From the NCBI RefSeq assembly GCF_001194135.2, contig NC_069001.1, forward strand, positions 11,144,265 to 11,208,264: DNA of 64,000 nt, written 5' to 3'. Of this stretch, positions 51,600-64,000 are shown one piece after another. The translations under genes were made by a program, and so were the position numbers. This stretch comes from Octopus bimaculoides. Its lineage: Eukaryota. The notes under the pieces were generated by a model. The model searched no databases. It saw only the letters and a list, made by a program, of their open reading frames with translations, and was not told the origin of the DNA. Numbering within the stretch: the stretch's first letter is position 1; each line of letters starts with the position of its first letter.

Positions 51600-52600
51600 G
51601 AAGGTGAGGGAGTCTGAACAAAATTTGCAGAATAACAAAGGAAAGAGAATTAGAGGAAACTTTACCTCCAAAACCTAACAAAAATAACGAGAGAAGAAGA
51701 GGAGTCTTCACCTCGGGACAAATTCAAGGGTTATATCTTCATATATTGGACTCAAAACGAGGCGATTTCGACTCAGGCCCAGACTAAAAAGTGCATTGAA
51801 CTAATAGGACATAAAAACCTGTCACTCGTTGAAGTTGTTTCGGTATAGGTGAAGTAAGGTTTAAATCGAAGAAGCGAGGGAAAATTTCCCAGCAACACTA
51901 AAGTTGACGAACAGCTCCTGATTCCAACAAAACTTAGTCTGAGGTAATATTATAAAGAGACATTTTCCTCTGATGGTACATCAGAGGAAGATGTCTCCCT
52001 GCTTTTGATGTATAAACACAGAAAATGGAATGAACAAGCAGCAAGTCCACGGGATGGCAAAGGACACATGGTCAGACATGGGGAAGAAACTCAATGCAAA
52101 CACTGGAGGCCATGGTTTGCAGTTTTACGTCGCAGTTTGGGACAGAAGACTGAGTTGCCATATATGTGGGGATGCGAACTATCTAAGACGTTTCTGCACA
52201 CTGCAAAAATGAAGATAATACCACTTCTGTTTTCGACGCCCTCATCACAGCTACATCAACAACAAATGGAGCAGTATCGTAAGCTTAAGAACTGTAGTAC
52301 CAATAGCAATAACACCAAGCAGAGCAACAATAGAAACATTATTAAGAAAAACAGTTGCAGATACAAACACTACTTTCCAGAAAAAAATATCACCAACAAC
52401 AGTATGACCGAAAGAGAGCAAAACAATAGTATGACCGAAAGAGGGCAAAATGGAAACCAAGACATCTGTGTAGGCAAATTACTAACGACTGCACCAAATT
52501 GCTTAGACTGCAGAAACTCGCCTTGTGAAGAAATCGGTTTGAATGGCCCACCAGAAGGGATATTTGTGAAGTGGAAGACAAAAAAGTGAAGAATGAAAAA
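51600..52600 (+). pseudogene. Decayed LINE (L1/Tx1-like) ORF1 region
   Basis: Frameshifted segments ending GHGLQFYVAVWDRRLSCHICGDANYLRRFC, followed by a low-complexity N/T/K-rich linker. Confidence 0.55.
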
Positions 52601-54097
52601 GTTGCAACGGACTAAAAGCAAACAGCTTAGAGAAGGGTGCACAGACTAACTCCTAATACAACAACCCAACTTGTGAAAATACCAACAAATAGAAGAAGGG
52701 AACAATTGCTTCCCAAAGAAATACGATAAGTGCTTCTTCCCACTTTCGTCCTCTGTTGTCGAATCTGTCCCTACTTAGAATACACGTGAAGACACTCGGC
52801 GTGCGATAGTTTTCGGAGTGGGGTTATATACACGAGAACAAATAGTGGTTTATCCGATAGACGAGCTTGTGGGAAAAATGAGCCTGGCAAATTGCGACCA
52901 CAGCTGCTTCCCGGAACGAAAAGTGTCTTGGCCCAAATGCATGCAGAAAATCTTGCCATTGTTATCCTGCCTCTTCAGAGGACGTGTTTGTTTATTTTTT
53001 TAAAAATAAAAATGCAGCGTTTAATAAAATGACAGTGTTTATAGCTGTTGCAGTTAAAGTTTCCGGAGTCTTAAACAGAGCACTGTCACACAGTGTGGCA
53101 CCACAAAGAGCAGCAGCAACAGCAGTAGAGTAGCAGCAAAAAGCAGCAGCAACAACTGCATTATATCCCTAATTTTCATCGCTTCCACGTAAAATATCGT
53201 TCTCATCATATTCGATATCTCATCATACTCCTTATTCTCAATATCTTGTGCATCCCCCTTCCAATAATCAACACCATCATCTTCATATAAATTGTTAACT
53301 ATTGTTATGTTAGACGTATGCTGTTATTAATACCAAGTTGTTACATAAATTTTGTTTTAGGATTTGGTTTGCAACATTCTTTATGTGAATTCGTGTGTTG
53401 AAGCATATTTTGTTGTGTCTGGGGAGAGTCATTCTCTTTTAGTGCTTTATTATTTAACAGACACACCGGGTCGATTTCCACTCATTTACTTATTTATTTT
53501 TCTGAAAATTTCGTTATCTTGCAACCTTTTCAATAGTCGTTGACTGTCCATTACCCGAGCTGCGTTCTTTTTCTTTGTGTGTATGTGTGTGCGTCAGTGG
53601 GTGTGTACATACATGTATGTATGTATGTGTGGGTATGCATGCACTTGTTATATAAAGTATTTTCGCTACGTACGTTTCAAAATAAATTGTATTTTCCCAT
53701 TTATTCTTACATGGTAACAATGAAAATGAATAGATTCACCATAGACAATAGAGTGAGTTTGGGACAACAATCTCTGAATTTATCTGTCTGTCCGTTTGAC
53801 AGTCAATCTTGCTCTATTTTTCTCTCCCCCCTCTCTCTCTCTCTCTCATACACTCACACACACGTACACACTACGCGCACGCATACTCACACAGACAAGC
53901 ATAAATTCTGTCTGTCCGTCTGTCTGTTTCCTCACAAAAATATGATGTATCTGCTTGACAGTATGTGTACCCCCACTCTCTCTCTCTCTCTCTCACTATA
54001 TCTGTGTATGTATATACGTACATACATGCATATACATATGTGTATATATACACAGAAATAGTATATATTTCCTCATTTATACAAACTAGATGTACAA

Positions 54098-54130
<33 letters not shown>

Positions 54131-55770
54131 GTATACATATGAATATACATTTATACACATATATGCATATATATACATATGCATACATATACATACATAT
54201 AGACATAGATACATATAGACATACATACATATAAACATACATACATATAAACATACATACATATATACATACATACATATACATATAGACATACATACAT
54301 ACATATAGACATACATGCATATATACATACATACATATACACATACATACATATACATATAGACATACATACATACATACATATACACATACATATATAC
54401 ANNNNNNNNNNNNNNNNNNNNNNNNNNNNNNNNNNNNNNNNNNNNNNNNNNNNNNNNNNNNNNNNNNNNNNNNNNNNNNNNNNNNNNNNNNNNNNNNNNN
54501 NNNNNNNNNNNNNNNNNNNNNNNNNNNNNNNNNNNNNNNNNNNNNNNNNNNNNNNNNNNNNNNNNNNNNNNNNNNNNNNNNNNNNNNNNNNNNNNNNNNN
54601 NNNNNNNNNNNNNNNNNNNNNNNNNNNNNNNNNNNNNNNNNNNNNNNNNNNNNNNNNNNNNNNNNNNNNNNNNNNNNNNNNNNNNNNNNNNNNNNNNNNN
54701 NNNNNNNNNNNNNNNNNNNNNNNNNNNNNNNNNNNNNNNNNNNNNNNNNNNNNNNNNNNNNNNNNNNNNNNNNNNNNNNNNNNNNNNNNNNNNNNNNNNN
54801 NNNNNNNNNNNNNNNNNNNNNNNNNNNNNNNNNNNNNNNNNNNNNNNNNNNNNNNNNNNNNNNNNNNNNNNNNNNNNNNNNNNNNNNNNNNNNNNNNNNN
54901 NNNNNNNNNNNNNNNNNNNNNNNNNNNNNNNNNNNNNNNNNNNCACCCCCACCACCGCCGCTCAAATATTCCCGAAGATCCCCTACTACATCATTTATTC
55001 TAGTTTTGCAGTGAATTTCAATTCGATCAGACAATGGTAATGAAAGATCTAAGAAATGCTGGCTCTGAACGATTATATTGTTTGTCCATAGAAGAATGAC
55101 ATTCGCAAACCTGCAGCATTAAACAGTTAGAACTGAGTACCCATTACGTTGCACAGGAAACATTCAGCTAGAGTTCAAAGAGTGCATTAGAATTTAGAGT
55201 TTGTGAAATTCATGTAATTATTTATTATATGACATTCGGTGGGTATACGTTTATATGGCCGGGTATATGTGAATATGTAAGCAGGTGTATATGAATGCAG
55301 TCAGCTATCGAAACATACGTATGTACTTGTTCGTATATGTGGATATATATATATATATATATATACATACACGTGCGTGTCGTTATGTACATTTGTGTGT
55401 ATATTTATGTGCATATGTGTTTGTATGCGTGAGTGTTTGTGTGTGCGCATGTCTGTGTGTGTGTACAGATATATATATATATACATTATATATATATATA
55501 TAGATGGCAAGTTAGAGAGAGAAAGAGTGGCAGACCGAGAGAGAGACTGACAGACCGAGAGGAAGATAGACAGACGGACAGATTGATGGATAGATATGGA
55601 TAGATAGATAAATAGGCATATAATATATATACATATATATAAAGAAAGAGAGAGATAGCTTTATTCATCTTTCTGGACCGTTTTTTGTGATAGGCCCTCA
55701 AGCTGATAGTACTACTATACAGTTGTGATGCATACATACATACATATATACATATGTACGTACGTACATA

Positions 55771-56553
55771 CGATTTTGTTTAAAAAGTTTCCGGGTAAGA
55801 TATGTTTCATAAAAATCACTTATTTACTTAACTTTTAATATTATTCCCTTCGAAATATTCACCTTGTGCAGCAATATATCAGTCGCAGAATTTCTACCAC
55901 TTTTGGAATCCGATCTAGAAGTTGATTTTCATAAGCGAGTCGAGAACTTTCTGCAATTCACTCTGGATCTCGACAACGATGTTAAAATGGTGGCCTTTGA
56001 GCTGTATTTTTATCTTGGGGAAACAGATGGAAGTCAGTAGGGGTAAAGTCTGGTGAATCGAGTGCGCCTGGAAGTGATACCTCGTTGTTTTTGACGAGAA
56101 ACTCACAAGTTCGAAGGAGTCGATGATAGGGTGTATTGTCATCATGAAGAACCAAATTCTTCGCGCTCCACAGATCCGGTCGCTTTCGCCCAATGTCCTC
56201 CCCCAAACGCTGGCCTTGGGGAGGGGGCGAATTCTTGACGCACAATGCCGAATTTCCAGGGGGTGACACTCCTAGCAGCTTTTCCAGATAGTCTTCCAGG
56301 GACGCCGTAATCTCAATGTCTTCCCATGTTTAACGTGAAATTTCAGGTTGGCTCTTTGTTGCAATTTTATGTCCATATCAAAATCGCTAAGTACTGCATG
56401 CATGGGTTCACAAAAACACAAATTACACTACTTGCGATGTAAACACAGCAATGTCACTCAGCCCATTGCCACGTGAAGATCACTGTTTGCTCTCGCTGCA
56501 CGCAACCATGTGCTGCCATCTATTCACGCGCTAAAGAACTAGTCCGAGAAAAC
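55771..56553 (-). mobile_element. Internally deleted mariner (DD34D) transposon; transposase relic 55828-56376
   Basis: N-terminus MDIKLQQRANLKFHVKHGKT; RKRPDLWSAKN; HDDN to SPDFTPTD with 34 residues between the Ds; C-terminus YIAAQGEYFEG; terminal TA+cgattttgtttaaaaagtttccgg. Confidence 0.9.
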
Positions 56554-56559
56554 ACAACT

Positions 56560-56876
56560 TGCAGTCGGTCGTTTAAAATGACGAGTGTTCCAATTAATCC
56601 GGCCAATGGAACAGCCTGCTCGTGAAATTAATGTGAAAGCGGCTAAACATTCCACAGGCACGCGTACCCTAAACATATTTCTCCGGGAGATTTCAGTGTG
56701 ACCCAGAATGTAACAAGTTTGGCCCTTTGAAATAGAGGTACAACTCATTTTTGGCCAGCTGAGTGAACTGGAGTAACGTGAAATAAAGTGTCTTGCTCAA
56801 GCTCACAACGCCCCACTTGTAATCGAACTCACGACCCTACTATCGTGAGCCGAATACACTGACCACTGAGTCACGT
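56560..56876 (-). mobile_element. Full-length-like SINE family D
   Basis: The reverse complement has the tRNA head, the D body and the shared D/E tail. It abuts and probably disrupts the left mariner TIR. Confidence 0.85.
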
Positions 56877-56892
56877 CAGATTAAAGCACAAA

Positions 56893-56990
56893 GACGAGGT
56901 GAAAGGACAGCAAAAGGAGTTTATTAGTTTGACACCCAGGAAAAATGGAAGAAGCCTTTAATATTTCGAGCCTATGCCCTTTTGCAGAAA
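56893..56990 (-). mobile_element. Decayed family P2 Penelope-like repeat
   Basis: Reverse complement gggc-atag-gctc-gaaatattaaaggc...ctaataaactcc is similar to 15531-15640. Confidence 0.55.
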
Positions 56991-58639
56991 AATAAATGAT
57001 GAGAGAGAAAAGATGGATGGAAAAGATGTAGCTGAATAAAACGGTCGAAACAGCAGCCAAAGAGTAATCTATAGATACATTATATTATACACTATTATGT
57101 AATTCAAATTGAAAGACTACATAAAGGGGCCGTCCTCGTTGCACACAGTGGTGCCCTCTTTTTTCCTGAGAATTATGTTAAAGGTTCGAATGTCAACAGA
57201 ATGCTCAACCACTTATAATTCAATGCATACATGTTTCCGTTGATGGAACAACTGGCACACTCATTCAGTGAAGCGGATGCGAGATTCATGTGGCAATGTG
57301 TTACATTTGTGAAAAGGACAGCTGAATAAGTTTCCGGGTCACCCACCTACACACGCACACAGGCATGCGCACACATATATATACACACACACCTCACATG
57401 TGCACATAGCACTGCGTCTATTCATAGAAATACAGAGTAACATCTACATGCACTTAAACGTGATATTCTTTATGCGAACATGATATAATACACAGCTTGT
57501 GCGCCTACACATGCGCTCACACACACAAACGTATCAATAAATGCACAAAACACACACACACACATATACACACGCATACAAACACACACAAACACACACA
57601 CACAACATAGAAATCGCATACAATCACTCATTCACTAATTTACGAGTTGAAACGCGCGCACACACACACAGGTTAATGTAGGAGTTAGGGAATAGAGGAG
57701 AGAATGCACCTCAGATTAAATTAAAATGAGATTAAAATATAGCAATTATAAAATACAGATAGATATCACATATGCATAAATATCCATAAATGTAATGCTT
57801 AAGGGACGATAAGAGATGCAAAGATAGCAACTATTCATAATTATGATAGCTTTTCATGCAAATGTGCCCTGATCAAATTGCCTTAGCATCAATAGATATA
57901 GCGTATGTTCTTAATTAATGTTTAAAACGAATACATGGATAAATTCAATGGGTTTTATCAAGGGGAAGATCTAATAATAGGATTCTAAGATTTCATAGGT
58001 ATTAGAATAATAGATGTGATACTTGATCCTGTAGATTTAACTCTTGGGACAAATAAACAAGCATTTGAGGAATTTACTCTGTGGAGTCTTGTATGAGCTA
58101 CGTTTCTCCATATCATAAGACACTGGTAATATATGTTCGGGAAGCAGGTTCAATTAGTGATTTTGCCCACTTCCCAAGATACGTTAACAATATTTTCGTT
58201 TTCAAGAAACGCGTGAGATCCTCAACTGAATTCCTGAAAGCAGTAGAAATAAGAAAGCTTTGATAACGAATCTCGCGAGACCACGCGTATAATTCTATTT
58301 AGTCTGTAGACATCCTTTAACAACCAAGCCAATCTCTTTCACCCTGTATCATCTTAAAAGCCCTCGGCATATGACTATATACATACACGTATACGCACAC
58401 ACTTACTGCTACGCATATATATTTATGTATGTATGTCAAGGCTTTTTAATTGGAATTTCAACATCAAAAGCAGGGTATGTATGTATGTATGTATGTTTGT
58501 GTGTATATGTGCAGATTTGTATGTTTTATGTATGTATTGTCATGCATATAGGTGCTCGTATATATTTATATGTATGTACGTACGTATGTATGTATGTATG
58601 TTTGCATGCATGTATATATGCATGCATGCCTCTTTTTTA

Positions 58640-58795
58640 TTCGTTTCTGTCATTTGACTGCGGCCATGCTGGAGCACCACCTTTAGTCGAACAAATCGAC
58701 CCCAGAACTTATTCTTTGTAAGCCTAGTACTTACTTTATCGGTTTCGTTTACCGAACCGCTAATTTACGGGAACGTAAACACACCAACATCGGTT
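58640..58795 (-). mobile_element. SINE family A/B, module B (separated from its module A)
   Basis: Reverse complement of 3000-3170. Confidence 0.88.
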
Positions 58796-58939
58796 TGCGG
58801 GAAGGACTGTTTTAACGAAGTCGCGTCTTGTCCTTAGCTTCAAAATGCGGAGTAGATAAAACAGGGGACAACTGATAAAGGGAATGTTCTTTATGTTGCC
58901 TGTCTCGTTTCTCTGTTTTTCCGTTGTTCGAAAAAAAAG

Positions 58940-59330
58940 TTCGTTTTCTGTGTTTTTGTTTTTATGTTTTCGTTTCTCATTGAGTCTTCGTTTTTTTTGC
59001 CCTGTACTCATATATGTATGTATAGCCTCTCGTTCTTCGATCACCGTTTGTTATCTCCCCCTCTTCTTAGCTCTCCTGAAAAAAGAATTTCTAACTTCCG
59101 GTCAGTCATTGTTATGATCAGCCATTATTATGATTGACCGTTGACTGGACACTATTCAATTTTTTTTCTCCGTGTTTTTCTCCTTGTCTCGGTATTCTTT
59201 CTGTTGAAGTGCGTAGCTCGAAACGTCAAAGACTTTCCGTATTCCCGAGCGTCATACTAATACATCCTTTTGTTATTTACACCACCTGTCCTCGTCTGTT
59301 GTTTTTTCGTATATTCTCCCATATATATAT
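58940..59330 (+). mobile_element. Family P2 Penelope-like element, longest copy, with a hammerhead-like motif at 59196-59232
   Basis: tcttt CTGTTGA a gtgc-gta-gctc GAAA c-g-t-c aaaga; the downstream part matches 15560-15640. The left boundary is approximate. Confidence 0.6.
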
Positions 59331-59363
59331 AGGTAAGTACATATATGTATGTATGTACGCATA

Positions 59364-59394
<31 letters not shown>

Positions 59395-59416
59395 GCGTGT
59401 ATGTATGTATGTATGT

Positions 59417-59540
59417 GTGACGGTTCTTTCAGTTTTCCGTCTACCAAATCCACTCACAAGGCTTTGTTCGGCCCGAGGCTATAGTAGAAGATACTCGCCC
59501 AAGATGCCAAACAAGCTCCTTACCACACAGCCGCGCCTAC
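59417..59540 (-). mobile_element. SINE family A/B, module A
   Basis: ttcagttttccgtctaccaaatccactcacaaggctttg...ccttaccacacagccgcgcc. Confidence 0.9.
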
Positions 59541-60533
59541 GCACGCACGCACGCACGCACACGCACGCACACGCACGCACACGCACGCACGCACACACAC
59601 ACACACACATATATATATACATATATAGACAGCGTATACGTATCTAATTAATTCGCTAAGTATTGCACCCTCGTTGGAGTCACAGCTGGCCGAGATATCT
59701 GTGTTTCTCTTAGAGCTTGAAATCTGGGGTGAGGCACCGAACAACTTGCATCGAATTAAGCAGGGTTTTTTCCTTTGATAGGACGAGTAACACTAATCGA
59801 GAAAACCATAAATTATTAAAGGGCAATATAGCATAAAAGACACCATTTAATGTAAAAGGAATATCAACGTTAACCTTTAAACTTTGATAAGCATAGTGGC
59901 AATGATAGTGAATTAGCTGAGAAGGCAGATGTTTTGACTGAATGTAAACTGTTCTATTTTGCTGTTCCTATATTAATAAAGCTGTCAACTAAAGATGAAT
60001 TAGTTTAATTACATTTGTAATATAGTTAGTTTGTATTGGTTTGTCCTCTCAATTAACATATCGTGCTTGTAACGTTGTGTTCATCAGTTGTCATTGACTT
60101 TGCTTAAGCAATTACGATTAAGGATCGTATCTATGATGAATTTCAGCTTTGGTGGAATTCGAATACGTAAATAAATATTGTACAGCACTTTTTTTCGTTC
60201 GCCGCTTGTTGGTTTGTTTCGCTTCATTGCTCTTCATGATAGTCACGTTTCAACATTGGTTCGTTGGGCGTTGGTGAGCGAGCGTTTTCATGGATAAGAT
60301 AGAGATTGCATATTTGACAAACAAAGGTGCAATGACATATATCTTGGAATCTTAGAGTAAGGTTGTTTTCATATGTAATTAAATCGTTGTAGGTAAGGTC
60401 ATACGGCGAAGAGCTTTGATTCCAAACAATGTGGTGCTGAGTTCGATAGCATTACATGAAATGATGGATTACTGACGATCTAAAACATTGTGAGTGAAGT
60501 TTGGATGTCGAAAACACTACGAAAGATAGTCAG

Positions 60534-60566
<33 letters not shown>

Positions 60567-61203
60567 TGCGTGTGTGGATGTGTGAGAGAGAGAGAAAGAG
60601 AGAGAGAGTGATACAGAGAGAGGGAATGTGTAACAGTGTGTGTGTGTGTGTGTGTGTNNNNNNNNNNNNNNNNNNNNNNNNNNNNNNNNNNNNNNNNNNN
60701 NNNNNNNNNNNNNNNNNNNNNNNNNNNNNNNNNNNNNNNNNNNNNNNNNNNNNNNNNNNNNNNNNNNNNNNNNNNNNNNNNNNNNNNNNNNNNNNNNNNN
60801 NNNNNNNNNNNNNNNNNNNNNNNNNNNNNNNNNNNNNNNNNNNNNNNNNNNNNNNNNNNNNNNNNNNNNNNNNNNNNNNNNNNNNNNNNNNNNNNNNNNN
60901 NNNNNNNNNNNNNNNNNNNNNNNNNNNNNNNNNNNNNNNNNNNNNNNNNNNNNNNNNNNNNNNNNNNNNNNNNNNNNNNNNNNNNNNNNNNNNNNNNNNN
61001 NNNNNNNNNNNNNNNNNNNNNNNNNNNNNNNNNNNNNNNNNNNNNNNNNNNNNNNNNNNNNNNNNNNNNNNNNNNNNNNNNNNNNNNNNNNNNNNNNNNN
61101 NNNNNNNNNNNNNNNNNNNNNNNNNNNNNNNNNNNNNNNNNNNNNNNNNNNNNNNNNNNNNNNNNNNNNNNNNNNNNNNNNNNNNNNNNNNNNNNNNNNN
61201 NNN

Positions 61204-61264
<61 letters not shown>

Positions 61265-61703
61265 GAGACCTGTGAAGTATAAATAATAACACAAATGAAC
61301 TGAGGTTCACTAAAGCTGTTTCAGACGTCTTTTTTTTTTAGTGATGAACAAACCAATTAAATATTGGGAAACAAACGTTTTCCTCAAGCGAATTAAACTA
61401 AAATAAAATTATTGAATTAAAGTAAAATAAGACATTTTCACACAAATAGTATAAGATGCATAATGACTTTCTCATCTCAGGGCCGTTTGAGATCAAGGTA
61501 TATATTAATCCATAATTATTCTCTTACACATAATGAATTTACTCATTGCCCAATGGAGAGGCTTGTATATCGCTGAACATTTAACTCCAGTACTTCACTG
61601 AGGTACATATTTGTTGCGCTCTACTCGTTGAGCCGCTAAGTTACGGAATATTAATTGATTCAATAGAAAGACGATGGCATCATTCATACGAATGTTCGTC
61701 AGC

Positions 61704-61749
<46 letters not shown>

Positions 61750-62309
61750 ATATGCTGTTATAATAAGATTCACGATTTGTGATTTTGAAGTTAGTGTAAC
61801 TTGGTACTAAGTTTATTGGTGTTCATTGTCAAGTCAGCCTTGATTGAAAATCTGTATGATCAAAGAGATTCCAATAGGAAACATATTGTGAAACAAGCTT
61901 AGTAATCGATAATAAATAACATAATTAATACGTAATTATACATTTATACAATTCATGTGTCACCAAAGGGTATATTTTGGACTGCACATTGAGAGGAAAC
62001 TGTGGTAGTAGTAGTAACAAAAACAGCTTTAGTGAATTTCAGCTCATGCATAGATTCAGAAAAACAAAATAAAACTGATCATGGTTTTCATGCAATTTAA
62101 AAATTACTGCCTGCAAAATACATGTATCGAAGCATACATCCTCTTTTGTAAACTAATTTAGTGGCTCAGAAAACCTCATCTCAAAGAAAGCAGATTATAA
62201 ATCTTATTTTTAGACGAATTTCTGGTCTATTTTCGGGTTAAGAAACCTTCAAAAGCGCTTCCCCATGCTGTAACAACGCACTAGCGTGGTCTAACTTCTC
62301 TCTCTCCAC

Positions 62310-62346
<37 letters not shown>

Positions 62347-62469
62347 AATTCAGATGAGTGGTACAACAAGGCACCAATATTTACTGGAAGCTATACATTA
62401 GCGTCGTAATTGTATCGATTGCTATTTTCCAGTAAATATCGGTGTCTTGTTGTACCGCTCATCTGAATT
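62347..62469. mobile_element. Foldback MITE-like element (43-bp arms) inside a (TA)n tract
   Basis: Arms 62347-62389 and 62427-62469 match at 40/43; (TA)n on both sides, on the right across a 38-N gap. Confidence 0.75.
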
Positions 62470-62672
62470 NNNNNNNNNNNNNNNNNNNNNNNNNNNNNNN
62501 NNNNNNNTATATATATATATATACCCTTATAGGGCTTTATTTTGTTGGAAATTAATACATTTGTATTGAAATATTTTTCACTGATATATATATATATATA
62601 TATAAATGTATAAACATATAAATTTATATATATGTATGTATGTATGAATGTATATATGCATGTGTGTATCCG

Positions 62673-62732
<60 letters not shown>

Positions 62733-63326
62733 CGTAGATGTTCATATTTATGTACACACTGACGAAAATACATAATCGCACAAACGTACGTACACATACA
62801 TGCATACATACATACATACCCACATATACACACACACATTATTTCATAGGAATTGTTTAGTTCACGCTGCTGCCTGTAATTATCGTAGGAAATTAGACGA
62901 CCTACATCCAATCACGTTTTAAACGTTCGTGAATCTTTCTAGCGGCTGATAAAAGATTCATTTCCTGTGCAGCCTGGAATTAAATATTGCAATTGTTTGT
63001 TGTTTTAATATTATGTTACAACAAGATCCATCATCGCGCAGCGTATTGATACAAAGTTAAATAAGGTGATAACACTGTTGTACAATCGTGTCTATGTCCC
63101 TAACGGTTTAAAAACAATACAGATGGGCGTTTAGCAGACGATATGGTTTCAGTTGACACCTGACTGTCAGTATTATTCTTTCGCAAGGAAAATCATTCGA
63201 AATAAATGAAAAGACTTGTTGAATGGAAAACTAAATGCAAAGGGAAATGTTTTCGTTTGAAATTTCTTATTATTTCAACGATGCAGCTGTGATAATCAAA
63301 AGAATGTTGAACAGCTGTGAATTTCG

Positions 63327-63504
63327 ATGGATGGATGGATGGATGGATGGATGGTCACTGCATTGTGATTGGTGGTGGAGGGCAATATGGGGTTAGCAAT
63401 GAGTGAATGAGTGGTGAAGATGAACCCTGATATATGAGGTGCTGTGTTATAGGTGTTTGGGAGAACGATGGAGTAGGCTGTGAGTAAGGATGTGGGAGCA
63501 GAAA

Positions 63505-63546
<42 letters not shown>

Positions 63547-63567
63547 GAGAGAGAGACAGAGAGAGAG

Positions 63568-63598
<31 letters not shown>

Positions 63599-63625
63599 GA
63601 GACAGAGAGAGAGAGACAAAGACAG
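63327..63625. repeat. (GATG)n, (TA)n and (GA/GACA)n microsatellites
   Basis: Direct reading. Confidence 0.9.
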
Positions 63626-64000
63626 AAAGATTGGGAGATGATTATGCAAATAATCAAATAAAATTGCTTGGGCTAGATATATAAAATATACATACATATA
63701 TACATGTAAATAGAGAGAGAGAGGCAAAAAACTGAAGATATTCAGACGGTGAATATTCAAGTAATAAATATATAGCTATTTATATATTAATAGAGAAGAA
63801 TTATACAGAGTAGAAAGCCACAGAAAACTGAGGGGAGAATATGTGGGATCTCCTATCCGACAGCTGTTTCCGGGGGCTCTGAATTACGTAATAATTTTAG
63901 TAGATGCAGTTCGCAAAACCATCATTCATTGTTAATTTCAAAGGTTTGGCAATGTGTCAATGGTTGGAAACGGGGTCCCACATGATCTCTTTGTTGTCTA

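Noticed and set aside
52005-52589. 194-aa ORF as an intact gene
   Set aside because: The recognisable zinc-knuckle motif lies in a different frame, so this is a frameshifted LINE ORF1 relic with an A-rich stop-poor linker that includes a 27-bp tandem duplication.
55305-55330. gaaa + palindrome catacgtatg
   Set aside because: No upstream CTGANGA; the palindrome derives from microsatellite sequence.

Overview
This window is AT-rich eukaryotic DNA saturated with microsatellites and broken by about 15 N-gaps, almost all flanked by (TA)n/(CA)n/trinucleotide tracts. The tRNA-derived SINE families and repeat landscape look like a coleoid cephalopod, most likely Octopus (inference from recognition, not a database search). 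I found no host protein-coding exon, rRNA, true tRNA or CRISPR array, and almost all supplied ORFs are microsatellite or N-gap artefacts. The window is best read as intergenic DNA or a large intron. Supportable content: (1) four tRNA-headed SINE families, labelled here A/B, C, D and E; (2) hAT, Tc2-like and foldback MITEs; (3) decayed Tc1 and mariner (D34D) transposases; (4) 3' ends of restriction-like-endonuclease (RLE) LINEs, HERO-like and R4/NeSL-like; (5) decayed L1/Tx1-like ORF1 and CR1/L2-like RT relics; (6) Penelope-type short repeats. The most interesting signal is a set of type I hammerhead ribozyme motifs from at least four unrelated sequence families on both strands. Two (41462-41544 + and 34316-34409 -) have a fully canonical catalytic core. 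Catalytic activity is untested and all family names come from motif recognition only.
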